Assembly (NCBI GenBank): GCA_951406725.2
Contig: OX597838.1
Location: 43,772,001 to 43,836,000 of the forward strand
Reading direction: 5' to 3'
DNA length: 64,000 nt
Origin: Octopus vulgaris
Taxonomy: Eukaryota
Shown: positions 54,387-64,000 of the stretch, one piece after another
Numbering within the stretch: position 1 is the stretch's first letter
Layout: each line of letters starts with the position of its first letter
Program-made: the position numbers and the translations under genes
Notes under the pieces: model-generated
What the model was told of the DNA's origin: nothing
Database searches by the model: none
The model's input: only the letters and a program-made list of their open reading frames with translations

Positions 54387-55503
54387 AAATATATAGCATT
54401 ATAGCTGACAAAAAAAAGTACGTTGTCGGCGCACATACGTCGAAACCGACGGGAGAGTCCATGGTATATATATATATGTTTAACTTGTACCTTGTTCACT
54501 TGTATAGCTTTTCCGAAATAGGAGATTGTAAGCAAGTTCCTCATTTCCTTTCCTGTCTTCGGCAGCTGCTATATATAGATTAGTTGAAAATTGACTCGTA
54601 ATATTTATACTCGCCCCATCTGTTTTCAATTCCATTAATATATACCCGTTCACATTTTTGTATTATGAATGCTGTTACTCTACCAGCAAATATTACCTTG
54701 GGTTAGTTTAGGGTCGTTGGATTTCGGTAGATATATAACACTGGGGAATAGGGTTTTTGTTGTCTGATATTGGAGAAATATTTCTTACTAATTCTGGGGT
54801 GCTGATTTCAAAGATGAAATCCATTTTGCTCTATCACGTCAAGATTTTTCACAAACACAGACGTCCATTTTTCAACATTTCTGGTATTGTCACCATTTCT
54901 AAGGATAGATTTAATTTCATCAAACGCTAACCCAAATTTGGCATAACTTTGGAAACATAGTTTTTCAATATCATTTAAAGTAAATACAACTGCGAAAGTG
55001 AAAACAAAAGCCATGGTTTAAGTGTCTTCAGTAAATAAAATGTATCAAACTTGAGCAACTTTCACTATTTTCAACTTACCCAGCTTCAAATATCATGACG
55101 ATGGTAGAAATGTCCTTTTTACAATTAGATGTTAAGAAACAACATATTTCTGTGGTCCTTGACACTATACATGTCTCATATTTGCGAAATTTGTTTGCAG
55201 ATACGCCCACGCTCTGCTATCATTGCAAACTAGATGAGACATGTTTTCATAAACTTTTGTTTCTTGTGAAAATTCTTATTTTGAATGTGCCCTTAATGTC
55301 TTAATTGTGGAGTCTCATGGGTCAAGGTCACTTTTCGTCAAGCATGGTCAAAGAACTGTAAAAAGAACTTCATGGTGTGTGTATACTCTTCATGGAACTT
55401 TGCCATCACAAATCTGCATTTGCTTACTTTATAACTGTTGACTATTCTGAGAATGCTTTTCCCTGGTGACAACTGGCTTGAACATGTTTTATAGTTCTGA
55501 AAT

Positions 55504-56130
55504 ATGGCCAGTTGTGAGAGAAGTGAATGTAAAAACAGCCCTGATGTCTCTGCTTATTTCTGGATTAGGCAGGGGAAAAAAATCACAGATTTTGTGACAA
55601 AAGCTTACCTTACTTCCTTAATTTAGCAAGAAACTGGGTGACAAGACAACAAAGCCTGCGCATCCCATATCGTATATAAAAAAATGTGTTGAGACATTGA
55701 GATAGGGACTACTTCAAATACTTAAGCAGAAAATTTCCAGTTTTGTTTTGTGATAAGATCAAGTTTGGTGTGTTTGATGGGCCACTTATTAAGTGCCTAT
55801 TGCAGGATGAGCTGTTTTTGACATTGAAAAAGAAGCATGGAAAGCTTTTGCGGCTGCTGTGTCTGATTTCTTAGGAAATAAGAAGCCATTAGATTAGATT
55901 GTGCAGCCTCTGTTAACCAGTTTTCGAGCGCTGAGCTGCAACATGAGTGTAAATGTGCATTTCGTGCACAGACACCTGGACTACTTGCTTGAAAATCATA
56001 AGGCAATAATTGATGAGCAAGGAGATAGATTCAACCAAGATATCGAAAGCATGGGGACAGGGTATGAAGGCCGATGGAACACCAACGGCATGTTGTCTAT
56101 TGCTGGTCACTGCAAAGAGATTGCTTTGAT
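55504..56130 (+). pseudogene. Internally deleted DNA transposase relic, Chapaev3-like
   Basis: CKNSPDV, LGD..HIV.KKCVETLR, KIKFGVFDGPLIK, VHFVHRHLDYLLEN..DEQGDRFNQDI..YEGRW. Family assignment is from recalled motifs. Confidence 0.6.
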
Positions 56131-56564
56131 GCAATTTATTCTCATAAAGCTGCAAAGAAACAGTTCATTCCTTGTGAAGCTGACAGATATTTGTCAGACA
56201 TATCTATTTTAATTAGTGTAATTAAACATTTTGTGTAATGTATCTGTTAAACATTAAAACTTACTATTTAGTTGGTGTTAGCTTCTCATTTCAGTATTGC
56301 ATTTAATGGCAAAATCGACGTTTTTTGGGAGTAAAAAAATGAATTCCTGTTTAAGAAAAGACTTGAGATAATAGAAAATTTTACATTCTTTTTCCTTTTA
56401 TTCTCTCTCATATATTTCGGAAGTATTAGTTTCTTAAATTTCTTGTAAGATTTCTTGTTCCCATTGTCAATTTCATCAAGTGTTGAGGGCATTTCTGAAC
56501 CCGGCCCCATCAAATTAGGTAGGACTAATTGCAAAAAGAAAGACAACTAAGATTTTTTTCAAAA

Positions 56565-57320
<756 letters not shown>

Positions 57321-57414
57321 TTGATAATTGAGGACTTCTTTATTTTAATTATGTAACCCTTTTCATGGTTGAATTAGGTTAGATACATATTTTCCGTTGT
57401 TTTCCCTTTAGTTT

Positions 57415-59215
57415 TATACTTGTTTCAGCCATTGGACTGCGTTCATGCTGAGACACCGTCTTGAAGTGTTTAGTCGAGGAAATATCGGCCCCTGTACTAG
57501 TGTTATTTTCTTCTAAGACTAATACGTTTCTTTCATCCCTTCTGCCTAACAACTGAGTTGCGCGGACAAAACAAAATGACATCGGCTGTCAAGCGTTGGT
57601 GGGATCAGAAACATGAGTACAAAGATACATATTCAGATACACATAGAGATATACAATAAGCTTTCACAGAGTTTCCCCTCTACCGAATTCATTCACCAGT
57701 CATTGGTCGGCCTTGGGTTGTAATAGAAAACATTTGCTCAATGTACCACGTGATGGGACTGAACCCCAAACCAAATTGTTAGTCAAAAGCATTTAATCTA
57801 TCTTAATCATAGAACAATACTTAGACATGATTCTTATTCAGAAGTTTCAGCTTTAGAACTTTCTCTTGCTGGGACTCTTCGATACTGTAGATATGATTCG
57901 GCGTCTGTTAGTAAATATTTATTTCAAATTTTGGCACAAAGCCAGCAATTCCGGGAGAAGGGGAAGTCGAATAGATCGACCCCAGTGTTCAAACGATACT
58001 TATCAATGAAAAGCAAAGTCGACCTCCGCGGAATTTGAACTCAGAACGAAATGACGGACGAAATACTGCGAAGGAACTTTCTTCTTGGTGTGCTAACGAT
58101 TCTGTCAGCTCGCCGCCTTGCCTTCATTAGTAAATATAAAATTGGTAAACTTCATATTCAACCTGGTATCTTAAGCCCCAAGAATATACTTCGATGACAA
58201 CGTTAATCCATTGCATGTTAGGTTCCCAGATGATCCGGAATCACAGACAACAAACCAGCGATGCCGACTCGAACTTTCTTATAATCTGCCTGAAATAACA
58301 GCCAAATGTTCCTCAAGCGTCATTATACGATTTCCTGTTATGTATATAAATATGAACAAACAGTGTGTCTGATTTGATAGATAGCTAGGTTTGATAGAAA
58401 TGGGAATAAAATCTCCCTCAAATCACATCCTACAACCCTAGGAATATATATTTGAGCGTTTCTAATCCTTGTAGAAGTTACAGTTGCCTCCTTCAAGTCG
58501 CATCTTCCTTCAGTGTATGTCTGCATGTATGAGTCAACGGGGGGAGAGCTGTTCTCACCAACTTCTGTTCCTATACCTCCCAATTATATAATGTTCCTAG
58601 CATCTATGAGCTGGGCATCATTATAACAATTGCAAAGCACAACAAAAACCCAATATTAATCTAATTTTCTGTCCGTCACCCATTAGCCTAAAACTTCTAG
58701 AAAATCTTAACTCACACATCTCCCATGTTGTGTAAGATACACAACACGGACCAATACCACTATACTCAATAATGCAACAATAATGGCTTCAAAGTTTGGT
58801 ATAAAGCAATTTTAAGCGCAGGACTCAAGTCAACTGTATCGACTCCAGTACGCAACTGGTATTTATTTTCCGACCCCAAAAGAACGAAAGGCAAAGTGGG
58901 CTACAGAGAAATTTGAACTCATAAAGTAAAGACCCGGAAGAAATGCCACTAAACAATTCTTCCAAAAATCATATGATTCTGCCAGCTATCCACCTTGATA
59001 ACCCTTTCTACTATGGCACAAGGCCTGAAACTTGGGGAAGGGGATAGTCAATTACATTGACTCCAGTACACAACTGGTATTTATTTCATCGACTCTGAAC
59101 GGGTGAAAGGCAAAGTCGACCCCGGTGGAATTTGAATGCAGAACGTCCTTAAGACGGACGAAATACTGCTAAGCATTTTCTCGGCGTGCTAATGATTCTG
59201 TTAGGTCACCGCCTT
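57415..59215 (-). mobile_element. Cluster of degenerate SINEs: B 57415-57775, A 57920-58118, A dimer 58785-59215
   Basis: Homology to other copies in the window. Confidence 0.7.
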
Positions 59216-59603
59216 AAAGCTCGCCAACTTAATAATGGTTTCAAACTTTGGGATCTAGTAAATTACATTGAATCAGTACTTTACGGTAAAACTCCGGACA
59301 TGTTCTAATCACAAAATAAAAGATAAATACAAACTGTTTTTACTTCAAATTCCAAATTTGTATTAATATTTGATACGATGAATTTCATAAGCGAAACCGG
59401 TAATAATTTATATTTTCTCTCTCTCTCTATATATATATATAACCATTTTTTAATCGTTTTATTAATTTCTTTCTAAATTAAAGTGTCTTAAATTTACTTC
59501 CATCTTACATATATGAAAAGTTTATTTGTATAGATCTCTAATATTTTTCAACTATACATACATGCATGGAAACATGCATACATATATATGTATATATATA
59601 TAA

Positions 59604-59662
<59 letters not shown>

Positions 59663-60267
59663 CATATATGTGTGTGTGTGTGTGTGTGTGTGACGGGCTT
59701 CCAGATAGTTTCCATATGCCAAATTCACTCGCTGATATACTGAGAAGTACAGTAGAAGGCAACTGCTCAAGGTCCTGAGTAATGGGACTGAAGCCCAAAC
59801 CACGTGGGTGCAATGAGCTCTTCTAAACCACACAGCTTCGCCTAAAGCACAGATTTATGAAAAAAAAACTCTATTTATATAGAACTAAAGTACACCTTTA
59901 TATAAAAATATTTTCCGTAGAGAAACTAAATTAGCTTTATAGGAAATTGCCAAATCAATAACAATTTTGATTGAAGAGATTAGTATTTTGAATAATCTTC
60001 TGTTTCTATGAAACATATTTATTGCTTTTATTTTGAAGTATGTTTTTTTTTTGTTTTCTTTCGAAAACAATTTCGTTCTGAATTAGTTAAATATAATATT
60101 TCGAAAATAAAATGAAAATATTACTTATCTTCTCTCGGTCAACTGTAATGATTCTGCGGAGACAGCGAGTTCTCTATGAGGTTCTCCTATACATATAAAT
60201 ACACACAGATACAAACAAATACGTTCATGCACGCGCACATATTTAATGTACACAAAATGTTAAAAAG

Positions 60268-60356
60268 GGGTTACTGATAGTTTCATGCCACGGAGACACG
60301 GTAATTCGGCAGATTTATATAACATGCTTTGTGTCGCCAAAGCATTTTTCAGGCCC
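60268..60356 (-). ncRNA. Decayed hammerhead motif downstream of a Penelope-like fragment
   Basis: GGGC CTGAAAA ATGC...GCAT GAAACT atc AGTA ACCC, with G8A and one stem I mismatch. Confidence 0.45.
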
Positions 60357-60519
60357 AGTGCAATGGTTTATCCTATTTGAAAAGCAGGACGCCGATACAG
60401 GAGAAAACACAAGAATAAAACGAGAAGAAGATTGAAGGAAAAGTAGAACGAGAAGACAGAGTGAACCAAAACGTAGAAAGGAAAAAATCTCGAGTTGTTT
60501 ACTCTTTGTCTGTGGAAAT

Positions 60520-61097
60520 TATATTTAATCAAGCTGGTGTAGAATAATTCAAAGGTAATGAGGTCAATATCTGCGAGGTAGTGTCTGCCCGTTTGACAAA
60601 AATAAATTTGTCCATGTAATTGCATTTGCTGAAAATTTCGTGTCTGGCATTAAATAGTATGCCGGAATTTCTGTGTCTAAAACGAATGTGCGATCTTTTA
60701 ACTACGTTTATCTTGCATCTGCTTGATGCATTTACATATTGTATTGATTTCTTCACGATTCTTCAAATGGTGATACTTCGTCCTCATAAGCGACAGAGTT
60801 TATGAAGCATGCTCGATGGAGTGGGCAAGCTTCAGAATCTTGATAGTTTCATCTTGGAGTGAGCTCCTGTTCTGGTTTGCAACTGATAATGTCCTTCAAA
60901 GTGGGGCAGCAGCTATATGACCTTTTAACTGAGAACCAAATAAAAATCTTTATGTATTTATGGTTTACTGGGAAATGCTTATTTAATAACGTGAGGAATT
61001 TCTTGCGTACGTTAGTCGTAAAATTAAAGATGAACCATATTGTTTTCCTAGGTCTATTTTTAGGTTTCATATTTTTAATTGAAGGAGTGTAAGACAA
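60520..61097 (-). pseudogene. Decayed Penelope-like (Naiad-like) fragment
   Basis: KNRPRKTIWF..TNVRKKFLTLLNKHFPVNHKYIKIF..VKRSYSCCPTLKDIIS, then *NYQDSEACPLHRACFINSVAY. Confidence 0.75.
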
Positions 61098-61884
61098 CTC
61101 TTAATCAGCTTTCAGCTAGGGTATTGCTAAAGAAGGGAAGGAAAAATTATATTTCCTATTACTGTTATTGGATTTCATGTTTTTCAACACAAAGGGCGTG
61201 ACAGGGGTGTTTATGCATATATATATATCAAATATAAATTAGTAATCGATGTGTCATACTTAATGCAGATATATCAAAGAAAGCCTGAGTAACTGCAGTA
61301 ATCGGCTTGAGATAGTATCTTTGATATTTGACTTTTATTAAAAAACACAAAAAATCTCAAAAATACATCAGTAACAGAGGAAAATCGTCCAGCAGCTGTA
61401 GTAGCAAATTATGCATTCCTGCCAGTTTGGGCCCTGACAGTAGGAAGTATCAACTAGAAACTGCACGCAACAACCAAATTCGTGGTTAATGATATAGTAA
61501 AAGAGAGATACAAGAACCATTGATGATGCGATTAGCTGGTCGGCTGAATAAATATTCTTTATGTGCAACCGAAGTTATGTTATATCTCTACTTATGTATT
61601 GAGTACTTGTAACTATTGCTTGCAATTCTAAACGCATATTTAACGTAGACTATTAATTCCTGTTTCTCGAGGTCTTTTAGGAAACAGAGAACCCAGAACT
61701 GCAATGGAAATTGCGGCCAGCAAATTGCACTACCAAAAATATAAAAATACCATTTAAAAAATCCTGAATATCAAAGTTCTTATACCAAAGACGAAAGATT
61801 TTATGAAATGAACTGGAAACAAGGCACTTTTCTTCAGGAAGCGGAAATGCACTGCCTATATACATATATATATATATATATATA

Positions 61885-62592
61885 TAATAGAAATATTAAA
61901 ATTACTAAGTCTCTCTAAAAGAGATTACGGCAGCGTTACTGGAAATTAATAGTTATCGCCATATTAATATGGCAGTCTTATAAATATAAGACTAAAGATG
62001 TCGCTGATTAGCTCCATGAGGCCATCGCCTTAAGCTAGCTATTTGACACACAAACTGCGTCCATTATAACCGTCGAACAAGGGAGGTCAGCCGCTTCATC
62101 CTGCCAGTCAGACAGCTACAGACGACGTTTCAGGGTTGTTGCCCCTTATCAATGCAGCGTAGACAGACTTGCAGGTGTCGCTACTGATCGTCTCAGTTCG
62201 AAGGCTTTATTTACCTAGTTTGGGTGGAATACATCCACTTGTTTTCAATAATAGAAATATTAAAATTACTAAGTCTCTCTAAAAGAGATTACGGCAGCGT
62301 TACTGGAAATTAATAGTTATCGCCATATTAATATGGCAGTCTTATAAATATAAGACTAAAGCTGTCGCTCATTAGCTCCATGAGTAGCGACACCTGCAAG
62401 TCTGACTACGCTGCATTGATAAGGGGCAACAACCCTGAAACGTCGTCTGTGGCTGTCTGACTGGCAGGATGAAGCGGCTGACCTCCCTTGTTCGAAGGTT
62501 ATAATGGACGCAGTTTGTGTGTCAAATAGCTAGCTTAAGGCGATGGCCTCATGGAGCTAATCAGCGACAGCTTTAGTCTTATATTTATAAGA
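61885..62592 (-). mobile_element. Retrozyme-like element: 364-nt unit in partial tandem (~1.4 copies) plus an inverted 5' copy
   Basis: Direct repeat with period 364 (aaatattaaa at 61891 and 62255). 62383-62592 is the reverse complement of ~61975-62185. Each orientation contains a hammerhead. Confidence 0.85.
62115..62158 (-). ncRNA. Minimal hammerhead with U3-A8 compensatory core (mirror copy 62410-62453, plus)
   Basis: GCTGCA TTGATAA GGGG caacaa CCCT GAAAC gtc GTC TGTAGC. Confidence 0.75.
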
Positions 62593-62634
62593 AAAAACAG
62601 ACACACAAGCACACACACACACACATATATATAT

Positions 62635-62804
62635 ATACGACGGGCTTCTTTCAGTTTACGTCTACCAAATCCACTCACAAGGCTTTGGTCGGCCCGAGGC
62701 TATAGTAGAAGACACTTGCCCAAGGTGCCACGCAGTGGGACTGAACCTGAACCCGGAACTGTGTGGTTGGTAAGCAAGCTACTTACCACACAGCCACTCC
62801 TGCG

Positions 62805-62849
<45 letters not shown>

Positions 62850-62877
62850 AATATATGCATACATATATGTACCTACC

Positions 62878-62926
<49 letters not shown>

Positions 62927-63231
62927 ATCACGTGACCGACCAGTCCATCAGATGTAGTTACACATCGCTGGTCACAATGCGTTCGCATTGTTTTAGCCTT
63001 CGAATGACGCCACCCCGCTGGCTAAGCGAGCAGGCCAACAGAAGAAAGAGTGAGAGAAAGAGTGGTGAAAGAGTACAGCAGGGATCACCACCCCCAGCCG
63101 GAGCGTCGTGGAGCTTTTAGGTGTTTTCGCTCAATAAACACACACAACGCCCGGTCTGGGAATCGAAACAGCGATCCTATGACCGCGAGTCCGCTGCCCT
63201 AACCACTGGGCCATTGGGCCATTGCGCCTCC
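62635..63231 (-). mobile_element. SINE family B head (62635-62806) and family C copy (62920-63231)
   Basis: Homology to 39999-40160 and 3695-4003. Confidence 0.85.
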
Positions 63232-63369
63232 ACACACACACACACACACACAGACATATATATATATATATATAATATATGCATATATATAAATATATGC
63301 ATATATACATGCATATATGTACATACCTACACACACACACGCACGCACACACACACACACATACACACG

Positions 63370-63400
<31 letters not shown>

Positions 63401-63677
63401 GAGTGCACATATTTATATATGCACTTATATATATATATATATATACGTATACATACATGCCTATATATACATATACATAAACATACAGGCACATACACAC
63501 ACACAACGCTCGCGCACGCACACACACACGCACGCACACACACGTACGCACATACACGCACACACATATAATTCTAGGGTCTCCGCTTCGTGCAGCTCTG
63601 ATCTGTTTTCAGTTAATTCTAGCGGAGTGAAAATTAACGCGCACCAGCACTATTTGGTGTTTTTGCAAATAATAGTG

Positions 63678-63875
63678 AAGGCACATGGCTCAGTGGTTAG
63701 AATGTAGGACACATAATCATGAGGTAGTGAGATCAATTCCTGGACCTGACTATGTGTTGTGTTCTTGAGCAAGACACTTTATTTCACGTTGCTCTAGTCC
63801 ACTCAGCTGTAGAAAAGAGTTGCCACGTCACTGGAGCAACGAGAAATAAAGTGTCTTGCTCAAGAACACAACACA
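63678..63875 (+). mobile_element. SINE family D head ending in a fold-back copy of its own central segment
   Basis: tggctcagtggttag A box. tgtgttgtgttcttgagcaagacactttatttcacgttgctc pairs with gagcaacgagaaataaagtgtcttgctcaagaacacaacaca. Confidence 0.75.
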
Positions 63876-64000
63876 CAGCCCATATATATGCATATTTGCA
63901 TGCATATTTATGTATATATATGTATATATGCATGTATATGTATGTATGTATGTATATGTATGTATGTATGTATATATATATATATATATACATATGTACG

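Noticed and set aside
59372-59405. acgatga...GAAACCGGTA motif
   Set aside because: Core and stem II do not hold up.

Overview
Very AT-rich, repeat-saturated eukaryotic DNA. The microsatellite spectrum ((TA)n, (TATC)n, (TACA)n, (CA)n, (AAT)n) and four tRNA-derived SINE families point to an octopus-type (coleoid cephalopod) genome. Almost all supplied ORFs are microsatellite translations, and no host gene can be securely called (one candidate exon at 96-218). Real coding content is transposon-derived: an intact DD34D mariner (31841-33131), R4/Dong-clade RT-RLE LINEs in (TAA)n tracts, a decayed Tx1/L1-like LINE, a 5'-inverted RTE fragment, three Penelope-like (GIY-YIG) fragments, Helitron pieces and a Chapaev3-like relic. 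The most striking signal is a dense set of about 15 minimal type I hammerhead ribozyme motifs from several sequence-unrelated small non-coding families. Most sit in or next to microsatellites, and many carry head-to-head fold-back duplications. Their cores include all three Watson-Crick versions seen here of the essential 3-8 pair (C3-G8, G3-C8, U3-A8), which argues for selection on catalysis in a Penelope-mobilised, retrozyme-like system. All calls were made by eye. Element boundaries are approximate unless termini are quoted.
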